From a virus, in the IMG/VR virus record IMGVR_UViG_3300042937_000753, positions 23,483 through 87,482 of that record: DNA of 64,000 nucleotides; one strand, given 5' to 3'. Below are positions 1 to 13,200 of the stretch, one piece after another. Each line of letters starts with the position of its first letter. The stretch's first letter is position 1. The position numbers and the translations under genes were made by a program. The notes under the pieces are model-generated. The model was given only the letters and a program-made list of their open reading frames with translations, made no database searches and was not told the DNA's origin.

Positions 1-2
1 GA

Positions 3-3000
3 GCTATTAAGGATAGACTTGAAACATATAATAAGATTTATCCTAATCCTATTGATCTTTCTAAAATGAACAAAGATGATGCTGATTATGAAGAAGCTTA
101 CATAATGCATCACTCTTGGAACTGGGGAATAAAATCTGCAGTATTTTATAATGAAGTTTTTGATGATGCTAGAGATAGAATGGTTAAAATAATGAATAAA
201 CATTATCAAGAAAGACCATTGCAATCAATGACAAAAAGACAATCAGATGTTATACTTCGTCCAGAGCAAATGAGAAATGAAATGGGTCTTTTAAAAAATG
301 AGGCTGATAGTCTTCTTGCTGTAGGGGATGCTGAATCTAAAAAAGTTGCAAAAGAAAAATTAAAACAGATTGAAGCATATGCAAAATATGTTGAAGCTTA
401 TGATGAATTTAGTGAATACTATCATAGAGATAGATATTTTAATAGAGCTAAATCAATTGTACAGTCAGAAAAAGCTGAAGGAGAACAAGTTACAGATGAA
501 GAAGTTGATCAATATTTAGAAGATAGATTTGGGCCAAAAAATGCAGAGACAGAGCAAGAGATTCTTTTAAACTTAGAAAAGCAATATAATAATTTATTAA
601 AATCAATTTCAGGAAAACCTGATGATTATCTATTTACAAATAAAGTAGATGAAGGATTTGAACTTGTACTTGATTTCTATAAGTTAAATGATGAGTCTAG
701 AGAAATGGTTGATGTAATAAATCTAATGAATGATCCAAAAGGATTCTTAGATGTGTATTACAAAAATGAAAAATGGATGACTGATCTTTGGTTAAAGAGA
801 GGTGACTATTATAGAGACATTGTAACTCAAGAATTATCTCAAATTGAAGATAATGGTTTGCTTAACTATTTAGCTAACCAGGGTATCTATATGAATGCTA
901 ATGACTTCATTCTCTACAGAGATCAAGACATTCCGCCAAAAGAATTCTATGATGAAAAAAAACAGTTAGTAATTCCTGAAGGAAGTTTAGCATATGATAG
1001 ATACTATGCAATACTTAATAGATACAAAGGTCTTAAAACAATTGAAGGTATGGCTAGAAAACAAGCTATGCAAGCAGAACTAGAAGTTAGAATTGCACAA
1101 CTTGCTGAAAGAAGAGATAAAGAGATTGAAAGATTAGGTACTCAGTTTGAAGAAAACTTAGTAGAAACAACAGGAGAAACAAGAGAAGCTTGGGAGAAAA
1201 AAGAACCTGCTACAACTCAAGGTAGAACACAAGAACAAATTGATGAAGACATAAAAGGTTTAAAAGCTAATTTACAACTTATTGAAGATGCTGAATCAAT
1301 AGATGAAATATATCAATTATATGAAGCCTTTGCTGAGCAAGAATTAATTCCTGAAAACTACTTTGCACTTATTGATGAGGCAATGGTAGCTAATGAAAAA
1401 GAAGCTAAAAAATTCTTTAAATCAACAAAAGATTCTGGAGCTGATGTAGAAACAAGACAGAAAGCAACTCAGCATAAAATTACATTGCCTCAAGTTTTAA
1501 AAGATAAGATTGCTGCAGTTACTTCTGAAGAAGCTGTTACTGAAGTAGATGATACACGTCCTATTGAAAATACAGAAGCATGGAAAGATTATCAGAAACA
1601 AGTTAAAACTACAACTGAAAGATACCAAACTTTAATTGATAAACTTAAAGCAGAAAGAATTGATTCTGAAGAAGAGGTTCCTAGACCACCATCTGCTCCA
1701 GCAAAAAGAGATAGTAAAAAAGATGTAGATTTAAATGCTCCTTGGAATGAACTTCCTGAAGATTTAAAAAATGAATTACAGGAAGCCTTTAATATTTTCT
1801 TGACATCTCCTGCACCAGAAGGATTAGGTAAACCAGCTGATTTACAAAGGATTAATCCTATGCAATATGAAATGTTGCGTAACAATTGGTTAGAACAACA
1901 AAAAGGTCTTATTGATGATTATAATAATAGAGCTGTAGATGAAAAATCAGCTCAACCCGTAATTAAATATTTGACTCTTAAGAAACCTATTGATAAATAT
2001 GGTCTTACTCAACTTAGAGCCATGACTGATGAACTTCAATCCATGTTGGATAGAAATTCTAATTATGATGGTACAGCCTTAACTAATTTGGAAAAGGCTG
2101 ATATGAAGAATGATGTAAAAGAACTTCAAAAATATATTGTTTACCGAAGAGCAAACTATATGCCTAAAGATAATACTGAAAGAGTATTTAGAATCTTTGA
2201 GGAAATGGTAGTTAACAAGCAGAATGGAGTCTCAAGAATTCTTGATGCTGCAGGAAACACAACGGGTTATGAATTTCCAGGACAAGATGGTAAACCATTA
2301 CGGGTTACTAAAGTTACTGAGGAGATTGAAATTAAAATGACTGGTAAAGAACCATACTTATATGATGGAGTTAAAGAAACATACATAGGTAAAGATGGTA
2401 AACCTAGAGGTGGTCAGTTATTAAATCTATTTAGAGAACTTAAAAATGATGACTCTATAAAGACAGATGCTGATAGACTGAATTTATTTATGTCCAGTCT
2501 TGAGACTACATTAAAAGATAATAAATTACCTCAGTTAAAAAGTCAAAAGAAAGTTGATGCAATAAGAAAAGCTCTTACAAATAATTTTACAGAACAGACT
2601 CTTATTGCTGTAGTTAAAGATGTTGCTCACAGTGAATCAACTACTGCTGGAAACACTTTAGATACAATGACAAGAGATTCATTTAAAACTAATTCTGATG
2701 GAGGGTTTGTTAAACCTGAAAAACCAGCAAGAATGGCTCAGGATGCATATGATAATTTATTTGGAGATTTTGGAGTAATCACTCAATTACAAGATTCTGT
2801 AATAGATGGTAAGTATGAGATTCTTTCATCTGATGTAATTATTTATGATCCTACTTTACTTGAGTCAGGTCTTGTAGGAGCAATGGACTTAATTGCTTTT
2901 GATAAAACTACAGGTGATATTAAGATTATTGATATCAAAACAGGTAAGCCAGAAAACTGGAAAAACTTTGATACTGAAAGTGAGTACAGTAAAAAACTAA

Positions 3001-4262
3001 ACTATAGATTACAGCAGTCAATTTATAGAGCCTTGTTATTCAACATGACAGGAATATTAGCTAAGAGTATATCAATACTTCCTATTGCTATTACTACTGA
3101 TATGGAAGGTAACATTCTTTCTGCAGAATCTGCAGCTAAAGTTGTAAATGGAAATGCTATTAGAGAACTTAAAACTAAAAAGCTTACATTAGAAAATGCA
3201 TCTAAACCTGATGTAGATAAAATTAATACTTTAGAAAAACAGATTAAAGAGCTAGAAAAAGCAACAACAGTTCCTCTTCTACCAGTAGAAGATAGTGTAT
3301 TAGCTGAGAATGGTATTGTAATGAAAGCACCAAACCTACCTGAAAACTTAAAACCTGAAGGGGTAGGTGAAAAAGCTTCTGAACCTAACTTAACTGAAGA
3401 ACAGAAAAAAACAGAAATTAAAAGATTAAAATCTGAAATTGCTAAAATAGATAAGAAGTTAGCTGGTCTTAAAGATGGTGGGATCATAAATGTTGGAGAC
3501 ATGGTAACAACATCTCCTGCTTATGACAAACTAATTAATAAAAGAAAACAGTTTGAAGATAAGTTATCTGAGTTTGAGACTAAAGAAAATAAAGAAAAAG
3601 ATGAAGATGAAATAAGTGATGAAATCAAAGCCATGAAAAAAGGTGTTAAGGAACTTTTCCCTCAACCTGAAACAATCACTTCTGAAATATTTAAAAGTCT
3701 TCTTGCTAAAATAAGAAATTCTCAAACATTGGCAGACCTTGAAAATGCTTACAATGATGCTATTGTAGAAATTATTGGTGAGTCAGATATTACATTTAAT
3801 GATATGGTTGAGAATGTTTATGAGATTAGAAAATTAGCTTTAAATGTAGATACTTCTCAAGAGGAAAACATTAATAAAGGTGATTATCTTATTAGTAAAA
3901 ATCCTATCTTTACAGGATCCGTAGATGAGATTGTAGTTGTTAAAAAAGTAGCTGATGGTAAGGTTACTATAAAAGAACTTGAGGGTACAAGACAAAAAAC
4001 TTTTACAATAGCTCAGATTGCTGCAGGCTTTAGCAAAACTACAGAAGATGCATTAAAAATTGAACAAGAAGAAACTATGGGCTCTACTCCAGATGAAAAA
4101 TTAAATTCTACTATATCTAAAAATAGTCTTGAAGAGTTTTCTAAAAATGCTGATCTTATAGATAAGGCAAAACAAAATATTGGAACATCAAGAAAAGATA
4201 GATTAGCTGCATTAAAAAATGCATCTAAAGATGATAACATTAATAATTGTAAACCTAAATAA
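3..4262 (+). CDS. Giant virion/ejection protein 1 (5' partial) with a PD-(D/E)xK nuclease domain
   Basis: Frame is open from the window start through the ATG at 66. Contains GAMDLIAFD...IIDIKTG and YRLQQSIY motifs (~2880-3030) and is coiled-coil rich. Lies directly upstream of the vRNAP, as in crAss-like phages. Confidence 0.75.
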   Translation, partial: AIKDRLETYNKIYPNPIDLSKMNKDDADYEEAYIMHHSWNWGIKSAVFYNEVFDDARDRMVKIMNKHYQERPLQSMTKRQSDVILRPEQMRNEMGLLKNEADSLLAVGDAESKKVAKEKLKQIEAYAKYVEAYDEFSEYYHRDRYFNRAKSIVQSEKAEGEQVTDEEVDQYLEDRFGPKNAETEQEILLNLEKQYNNLLKSISGKPDDYLFTNKVDEGFELVLDFYKLNDESREMVDVINLMNDPKGFLDVYYKNEKWMTDLWLKRGDYYRDIVTQELSQIEDNGLLNYLANQGIYMNANDFILYRDQDIPPKEFYDEKKQLVIPEGSLAYDRYYAILNRYKGLKTIEGMARKQAMQAELEVRIAQLAERRDKEIERLGTQFEENLVETTGETREAWEKKEPATTQGRTQEQIDEDIKGLKANLQLIEDAESIDEIYQLYEAFAEQELIPENYFALIDEAMVANEKEAKKFFKSTKDSGADVETRQKATQHKITLPQVLKDKIAAVTSEEAVTEVDDTRPIENTEAWKDYQKQVKTTTERYQTLIDKLKAERIDSEEEVPRPPSAPAKRDSKKDVDLNAPWNELPEDLKNELQEAFNIFLTSPAPEGLGKPADLQRINPMQYEMLRNNWLEQQKGLIDDYNNRAVDEKSAQPVIKYLTLKKPIDKYGLTQLRAMTDELQSMLDRNSNYDGTALTNLEKADMKNDVKELQKYIVYRRANYMPKDNTERVFRIFEEMVVNKQNGVSRILDAAGNTTGYEFPGQDGKPLRVTKVTEEIEIKMTGKEPYLYDGVKETYIGKDGKPRGGQLLNLFRELKNDDSIKTDADRLNLFMSSLETTLKDNKLPQLKSQKKVDAIRKALTNNFTEQTLIAVVKDVAHSESTTAGNTLDTMTRDSFKTNSDGGFVKPEKPARMAQDAYDNLFGDFGVITQLQDSVIDGKYEILSSDVIIYDPTLLESGLVGAMDLIAFDKTTGDIKIIDIKTGKPENWKNFDTESEYSKKLNYRLQQSIYRALLFNMTGILAKSISILPIAITTDMEGNILSAESAAKVVNGNAIRELKTKKLTLENASKPDVDKINTLEKQIKELEKATTVPLLPVEDSVLAENGIVMKAPNLPENLKPEGVGEKASEPNLTEEQKKTEIKRLKSEIAKIDKKLAGLKDGGIINVGDMVTTSPAYDKLINKRKQFEDKLSEFETKENKEKDEDEISDEIKAMKKGVKELFPQPETITSEIFKSLLAKIRNSQTLADLENAYNDAIVEIIGESDITFNDMVENVYEIRKLALNVDTSQEENINKGDYLISKNPIFTGSVDEIVVVKKVADGKVTIKELEGTRQKTFTIAQIAAGFSKTTEDALKIEQEETMGSTPDEKLNSTISKNSLEEFSKNADLIDKAKQNIGTSRKDRLAALKNASKDDNINNCKPK

Positions 4263-4264
4263 AA

Positions 4265-7200
4265 ATGGCTTGTCAACTTTATACAGAAAATGATATAAGT
4301 GCATTATACTCTTTAGTGTATGGTGAGATTATGGATAGAATTCAGGATCCAAAACTTGGTAAGTTTGATAACAAAGCATTAGATAAGTTTATCAAAGATA
4401 TCTATAAAGAGTTTAAAGATGAGCCTAACGGTCTTCTTTATGTGCAGGCTATTCCTGACATGTTGGATATTGTTAAGAATGATCTTCAGATAAAGAAGTA
4501 TCTTCTAAATGATGCTAACTTGGATTTAAATAATGTTGCAAAACTATCTCTTGATTTTGAAGACTTAGATAATGTAATAAAGTTTATAACTCCAAAGACA
4601 GTTCAAAAGACTAAGAAAGAAGTTGACGGTGAAATAAAAAAAGCAAACAAAAATTCTAAGACTGTTGTACAAAATAATAATAACAATGAAATATGGTCTG
4701 CTGTAGAAGAAAAGGCTAAAGTTGATTATCCAGATAAAACAACAGGGAATATTGCCGTGGCAAAAAATCCTGAAGCAATGAGTGAATCAGAGAGAAATCT
4801 AATTGATCCACAAAAAGGGCTTTTCTATAAAGTTATCAAAACTGTTATATGGGCAGCAAGAAGAAGAGGTAAGAGTGATAATGCCATGCTTGGTGATATT
4901 CCAGTTATGCTTAAAGCTCAATCTATAAAAACTTTAGACCCTGCAGATTTGACTGATGATGATATTACTTTCCTTACTAAAAATAAAGGTTATGATATTA
5001 ATGTTGCTATTGTTTCAGATAGTAGTGGTGTCCCAATTAGATTTGATGAAGAAGGTAATGTAGTTGAAGAAGGTGGTAGAATTGTATATCAATATATTAG
5101 ACCTGTTATAAATAGAGCAGGTAAATTATATCTTGGTAACAGATCCGGTTTCTTATATAATCTTGTTCCTGCTGAAACTCTTCTTAAAAGACAATTAGCT
5201 AATGAAGCTAAGGATGGCAAACTATATGGTCAAGTTGAAAGAGAAGCTGAGTTAGCTAAAATTAAGAGAAAGCAAATTCAGAAAATGAATGATTTAGCTA
5301 AACTTAATGAAACTCTATCTCTTCAGGATGAACCAGTAATGCTTCCAATAACTGGTGGTAGTTACGGTATTGTTGAACATAAGTCAGAGTTATTATCTAA
5401 TACAGATTTTGTCAATGATTTAGAAATGATTTATACTCATGACTCAGGTGATCTTGAAGGAATGAGTTACTTTATGACTAATAGAGTAAGTGCTGGTGTA
5501 GCTGTAGATAATAGGATTTATTTACAGAGAATGGATATGCCTAAAGAACTTGCTGCAAATATAGCTAAAGTGTTAACAACTAAAGCATTACTTAATGGAG
5601 AAGCTTTAAGTCCACAAGCAAGACTTGCACATTATGATACTTTTCTTTCTAATAGAACAAAAGGTAATAATATTAAGGTTGAGATTAAACAAGAACTTGG
5701 ACAGAATGTACTTAAAGTTACCTTGATGGATCCACTTACTGGTGATGCCAGCGTTGTTGATTTAGAATCAGAAGATGCAGAAAAAATGATTGCTGATCAT
5801 TTAATGGAATCCAAAAAAATTAAAGATAAAGAAGGTAAAGTTGTAGCCGTGTATCCAGCAAATTTAAGTTATATGAAATCTTTTGCTGTTGATGGAGCTA
5901 TACAAAAAGGTGTAAAATATACTGACTATACTTTTGATATAAGCAAAACAGGAACTCAAGTAATTAAAGAAGTTCAAAAAGATTACTTTGATTTTATTAA
6001 ACCATTAGCTAAAGTAGATTATACTACTGATGGTGCAGCATACTTTGTAGCAATCAATGCTTATTTAGAATTTGCGGTTCCATTTAATTTTGAAACTGCA
6101 GAAGAAAACTTAATTGATATTGGTGTTCCTTCTGATGAACTTTTGACATCTAATGATGTAGATAATGGTAATAAGAAAGCAAAACCTGTTAAAGTTGAAA
6201 TAGAAGAAAAAGATGAAGAGACAGGTAAAGGTTTTACTATTGAAACTAAGGTAAGTACAATAGCAAACGACAGAGTTTTAGTTGCAAATTTAAATGAGGC
6301 TGATGCTGTTTTTGGATTAGGTACAACCTTTGATACAAAAGATGAAAAGATTTCTAGAGATAGATCTGGTAAAGAAAACAAATGGTATGGAGTAAAGCTT
6401 GGTACTAAAGCTAATGCACCTAAAAATTTAAAACCTCCAACAGATGCTATTAATCAAATGGTTAATAATCTATCTCAATTAAAAGGCGGAGTTGTAAATA
6501 TTATAGGTAATGATATTGCCCAACTAACTAAAGAGGGCTATAGTCAAAAAGATATAGATACTTATGTCTATAATATTTTAAGTGAGGTTGTTAAACAATT
6601 TCCTATTACCAAAATCATTAGTAATGGTCAGACTGGAGTAGCTGAAGCATCAATTAAAGCAGCTAAAAGACTTGGTATTCCAGTTAAAATTAGAGCTTTT
6701 CAAGGTTATCAATTAAGAAAAGCAGCTCCATATGCAGCAAGTGGTATTAAAACTACTAAAAATACTAGAGCAGACTTCTTAAGTAGATTCTTTAGTAAGT
6801 CATCTAAAACATATAAGAAAGCTGCCGCTAAGGTAGAAGAAACTAAAGAAGATAAAACTACTACTGTACCTAAAACAATTGAGGTTAAAGCAAGAGCTGT
6901 AGAAGTAACTAAGACTCCAGAACAACAAAAGGTATCTGATGCTAAGATAAATAGATTAGCTATTGATGATTTACTAGATGGTTCAGATATGATTCCAGAT
7001 GTTCCCCTTAATAGAAAGAAGCGGGTATCTGCAGTTATGGATCAACTTTATGGTAAACAAGGGTGGCAAGAAGTACAAAATTGGTGGAAGTCTTCTCCTT
7101 TAAAAAATGTTGTGGATGTTGAAAGACTAGGTTTAGTATTTAACTCTGATGCTTATGCAACATTTATGTCAGCGGGATCTATGCTTGCTGATGCTGCAGT

Positions 7201-10200
7201 TAAATTACGTGCACAAGGATTTGCTGCAAGAATTGAATTGTATGGAGATGCTTTACCAGTAACACTTTACCATGAGGCATGGCATGCATTCTCTCAGTTA
7301 GCACTTACTAAAGAAGAAAAAGCAAAACTCTATAATGAAATACGCACTTATGAAAAGTGGAAGAATATGGAGTATATTGACATTGAAGAAGAACTTGCTG
7401 AAGAGTTTATTGATTATGCTGCTAATGGCAAAAAACAAAAAGGTTTTATTCAGACTATATTTGAGAAACTTAAAAAGTTGATTGATTTCTTTTTTGGTAA
7501 TACAACTAAGAGAGATGTAACAAGACTTCAGGATATTCCTAATGTAAAAAAATATTATAATCAACTTTACACAGGTAAATTTAAAATAAGTACTGAGAAT
7601 GCTGAGCATAATTTAATGCCTGGATTTGAAAGACTTAACAGTGCAAAGAAAACTATCCAGCCTCTAGTAAATACCGCTAAAGATTTTGCAGAGATAACAG
7701 ATGTTCAATCTAATAAGATTGTAGATTTAGTAGACAGCTTAATGGCTAGAACATTCTATCAGTATAACAATAAGTTTAATACTACAGCAGGAGCAGTTAA
7801 ATTATTGGGTGATGTTAATAATAGAGAGAAGCTTTATTATAATTTAGAAAAACAATTAAAAGCTTTATTGGCTGCACAGCTAGAAAGAACTAGAGCTATT
7901 ACAGTTAAAAATATTGAAAGTGATAATCCAGATTATGTAACTGAACAAAAAGAAAGTGCCAAGTTAGATTTATTAATGAAAGCAGTAGAAAATTATGGTT
8001 CGGTTGCTGAAGCTTTAACTAAAAAAACTGATCGTGGTGTTGTAGCATTCCATATGCAAAGATCCAGATTTAATATCTTGAAAGATCTTTATATTGATGA
8101 TACAGAAGATGCTAGTATAGCATTATTCACATCAACTGAAGGTAATTCTATTTCTGCTAAACAGCTAGCAACTGATGATACAATGATGATGTTATCCGGT
8201 ATCTACAAACTAGAAAGGGATGAGAACGGAGACTATATAAAAGAAGAAGATGAGTATGGTGTGAAGGCTTACTCTATAGAGACAGATGACTTCGGGTTGC
8301 CCGTATTGGAACCAGTAGATGTTATGTGGAATAGAGTTGCTAGAACTCTTCAAGGTTCTATGGATTATCAAGATATGCATGATAGAATGACCGAGGCTAT
8401 TGAGAATTATCCAGAGTTTATCCAAGTTTTAGAAATGCTACCAAATCCATATACATTTGGACCTGGAGCATACAACAATAAAACTGAGTTTCAGTCAGAG
8501 ACAAATTTCTGGCAAGATCTTAAAAAACCAGTAATACCATATATCCAGTTGAACATTAATAAAACGGTTTTAGAGAAAGCTAAGAAAATTGATGGTAAGT
8601 GGATAGCTGAAAAATCAAAGTATGAATCTAGATTATCTGCAGCAAACTTTGACATTTATAGAATTGTTGCTGATTGGACAACTAACTTTAACATTGCAGA
8701 TCCTGCAACTAATAGATTTATCATTAAAGATGGTGTAAACAATTATTTGAATACAACAGAAATAATGAAAGAGTTTAGTCAGAATAAACAATTGATTCCT
8801 ACAAAAGCTGCTGAGTTTCTTGCTGCATTAGGTATTCAATTAGACATGACTAGTGCTGATATAAAGTCAATAGTAAATAGTACAAAGAAACCTTTTGCTA
8901 GTTCTTACAATATTGATTACATTTTTAATAATGTAAGACTTGTTCACTTGGCTGGTAAATCAGATGACATTGGTTTACAAGCTGCCGCAGCTCAATTTAA
9001 AAGAGATCCTTTACATTACTTAATGAATGGTCTTCCTGAAGCTATAGAGAAAGCTGCTGGTGGAAAAGCAAGTGATGTTAAAACTAAAGTAAGAGCTCTT
9101 GCTGAATTACAAAACAGATTCTCAGATGGTTATTCAAATTATGCTGTATTAACACCAGAGAAAAATAAAGTTTGGGAGCAATTTTTAGATAATACTGTTA
9201 CTAGAATTATTACTTCACTTAATAGAGCTGAAAACTGGCAACAGTTAACTACTGAAGATGCTGATCCTAATGGTAGATTCCAACACATGAGATGGTTAAG
9301 TGAAGCAAACAATCCTGCTTCAGAGTTCTCTGTAATATTAAAATCTATGTTTGATCTTGATCCAATGTCAGATACCTATGGTGAAAAGATTCCAGGTGCT
9401 AGTATTGTTCTTGAAAATATTGGAGGTACTCAAATTATCAATAGAGAAACAAATGAATCTTTAGGAACTTCAACAGCTAATACAGATGTTACAAGTAAGT
9501 TTCTACAAGAATTACATACAATGTTACAGTCAGGAGTTCAGGAATTTATGAGACATGCATCTAAGCAGACTGCAATGAACCTTAGAGCTAAGAAAGTAAA
9601 TACATATAGTGGTAAAGAATCTTCCAATCTTTATGTAGATATAATGGCATTTAGTCCTGCAAATACCGCAGGTAATAATAACTTGGGTGAATCTCAAGGG
9701 TTTAATATAATGCTTGGATATATTGCTGCTGAGGCGGGAAGAATTTTTAGATTTAAATCTAATGAAGAGTATTTTAAAAACTTCTCTGCATATAATAGAG
9801 ATGTAGTAAGAAAGGATAATGATGAAACTGTAAAAGCCGGTGAGGCCTTTACTGCATTTGATGATATCTTAACTGATACAGTACAAGGTGAATTGTATGA
9901 CATTATTAATAAAGCTATAGAAGATAAATTATCTTTTGATGAATTTAATTTACGTGACATTGTCAATGATAATCCAGCACTTAGAGTTAAAATAAAAAAT
10001 AATGTAATTGAATATTTTAATAAACTATCTCAAGCAAATTATGCAAGATTAGAAAGTGCAAGATTTGTAGACCCAAGCTTGTATGAAATGGTTTCTACTG
10101 ATGAGTTTAGTAAAGATCAAGTAGATAAAATGCTTATTAAAGCCTATACTTATAACTCTTGGATTCATAATTTTGAAACAACCATTCTAGCTTATGGAGA

Positions 10201-13200
10201 TGCGGTACAGTACAACCATGATAAAGAAGAGTTTCATAAGAGAAATGCTGGTTTAGGTTCTGGAGGTAAAAGTTTTAGATCCGATATGAGAGCAAGGATG
10301 TATATAAACAGTCCTATGTTTGAAAGATTATATGCTGATAAAGAAGGTTATAAACTTAATGCATACAACGGAACTTTAACAACAGCTATTATTAAAGAAC
10401 TTACTATTGATAAGTCTGTATATAAAGATGAATACTATGATGAGCATGTAAAAGAATATACGGCTAGATATATTAAGGCTGGTAAACCTAAAGCTGAAGC
10501 TGAAAGACTTGCTAAAGACTTGGCTGATACTGTATTAGCAGATTATTCTAATATGAAAATTGCTGATGGTCAAGGATGGTTAAATTTTGAAGCATACAGA
10601 ATGCTTAAAAACCTTGAAAGTTCTTGGTCAGCACAACAAGAAGACTTATATAAAAAGGTAATTGCAGGAGAAATATTAAATGCTTCTGATATAAAAGAGT
10701 TCTTTCCTCCTTATAAATTACAGTATTTTGGACCTATTAAAACTAAAGGTCTTCCAATGACATCCTTTCATAAGTTTTCATTAGCTCCTTTAATCCCAAC
10801 AGTCCATACTGCAAATATGCAACTTGGTCAAATACATGATATGATGCTTAATCAAAATGTTGATTATGTATTGATGGAAACTGGTGAGAAAATTGGACAC
10901 CTTGGAAACGGTGATGAGATACTTGATAAAAATGGTAATGTAGATGCCTCAGTAAACTTTACTAAAAATGTAATCTATGCTGAGTTCTTAAAAAATCAAA
11001 CTGAAGTTAACTCTAAGTTTAAAGGTAAGTCTATATTCTCTACTCAGTTAAGAAAATTAATTCTTGAAGGTTTATATGAACAAGGAGAAGTTAGTAAAGA
11101 TGTAAAACATCTAGTAGATAACTATGTAAACAGAGTAGGTGAGTATACTGAACTACTTAAGAATGAATTGATTGACCAACTTGGGTTTGCAGAAAATGAG
11201 AATGGTGAGTTTGTTCCTGTAAACAAAGACAGTATTGCAAAACTTGCATTAATGATCAGAGAAAATCTTACAAGAGATGATGTATATAGTGATAAACTAA
11301 TTGACATTATTGATGTAACTGAGGAAGGAGATTTAAGATTTGACTTATCTCTACATCCGGAGGCTGTGAAGATTGAAAAACTTTTGTTGTCATTGATTAA
11401 TAAAAGAATCATAAAACAAAAAGTTAAAGGAGAACCTCTAGTACAAAAGTCTTCAGGTTTCTATGATGGATTAATTGAATTTTCAGTTGATCTTGATAAG
11501 ATGAATCCGGAAGCAAGAGATGCTGCAGTTAAAAAATACATGGGGTCTAACTTTTTACCTACATATCATAAAGGTACAGATGGTACAACAACAGCAATGA
11601 AAGTTGCTATCTCACTTCAGGGAGATTATGAAAACCTTCTTAACCTAGAATATAAAGGAGAACCTATCTCTACTTTAGATAGACTAAATGAAGCTATCAA
11701 AGATGATGAATGGTTAGATGCTGATAATGAAGCTAACAGAAAAGCAACAACAAAAGATCCTATATATGATATAGCTTTTTCTGAATTAAAAAGTACAAAA
11801 GGAGACACTAAACTTTTTATTTTAGAATCTGATCTTACTTCAGAAATTAAAGCTAATCTTATACTAGATGATAAAAATGGAAAACGAGTTAAAGGAAGTA
11901 CTTATCAAGGAATTAAAATATTAGGAGACTATTATTCACATAAAACTTTAAAGTCTTCAGATGGTGATGCATTAGATATAATTGTTGTTAAATCTAAAGA
12001 AGATGCTCAAAAACAATATGATGCTTATATAAAAGGTGGAGCAAAACAATTTACAGGAATTGGAAATGTTATTTTTTCTAATATAGATACATCAGTTAAG
12101 AGTACTAATAGACAAGCAATAACTCTTGTAGGGGTTAGGATTCCGGTTCAGGGTCTAAACTCTATGGAGTTTATGGAAGTATATCACTTCTTACCACCTC
12201 AAGCTGGAAACATAATTATTCCACCTGCTGAGATAGTTGCTAAATCAGGAGCTGACTTTGATATTGATAAGTTATCAATCTTTATGAATAATATTGATGG
12301 AGATGGTAATGTTAGAATGCCAATGTTTGACAATGCTAAAGATTTCTATGAAGCTATTAAAGATCCATCTAAATATGAGATGAGTAAAGAACAAATGTAT
12401 AGCTTACAAAAATCTGGTCTTGAGAATCAATTAATTAATGATATTAGAAGTATTCTTGAGTTACCACAAAACTATGTGTCACTTACAACTCCAAATGGAA
12501 CTTACTTAGTTAAACCTACGGCAGATATGTTATCTGAATATGTATCAGATTATAATCCTTTTCAAAGTTTAATGTCTGATAAAAATAAACTAAGTGCTCC
12601 AGATAAAAATGGAAAACAAAAATCAGTAATCAGTCCTACTAGAATATTTGAAGCAGGTTATAACTTATATAAACATGAATCAAATGTGGTTGGTAAGAAG
12701 ACATTAGGGCTTGGTGCAATTGAAAATACCTTTAATGTAATATTTAATTCATTAGGTGCTTCAATGCCTGCAGTATATAGACATTCTGATGAAGAAGTAG
12801 ATAGAGTTTCATTCTTAGGTTTGAGACATAACACAATGAAAAAAGATGGTCAAGATGTTATTTCTCTTTCTCATCAATTTGATACAGATGGTAATAATAA
12901 AGTAGCAGATATTATCAACCAGTTAATAAACGGTTGGGTGGATGTTGAGAAGGATGCATGGGTATTCTTTGTACAAGGTAATTATGAAGTTGCTCCCACA
13001 TTACTTTACTTATTAAAGGCAGGTGTACCATTTAAAGAAGCAGTATATTTTGTTTCTCAACCTCTTGTAAGAGAGTATGTTAAAGAGAGAAGGCTTGCAA
13101 ATAGTACATTTGCTGAACCTTTAAGAAAAGATCCCGGCTTCCAAGGAGTTAACTTTAAAGCAGCAAGTAATATAATTGCTAAATACTTTAAAAACTTTAT

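Noticed and set aside
11735-12124. Intein or intron in the RNAP
   Set aside because: There is no N-terminal C/S, no HN followed by C/S/T, and no endonuclease or group I motifs. It is kept only as a domain insertion.
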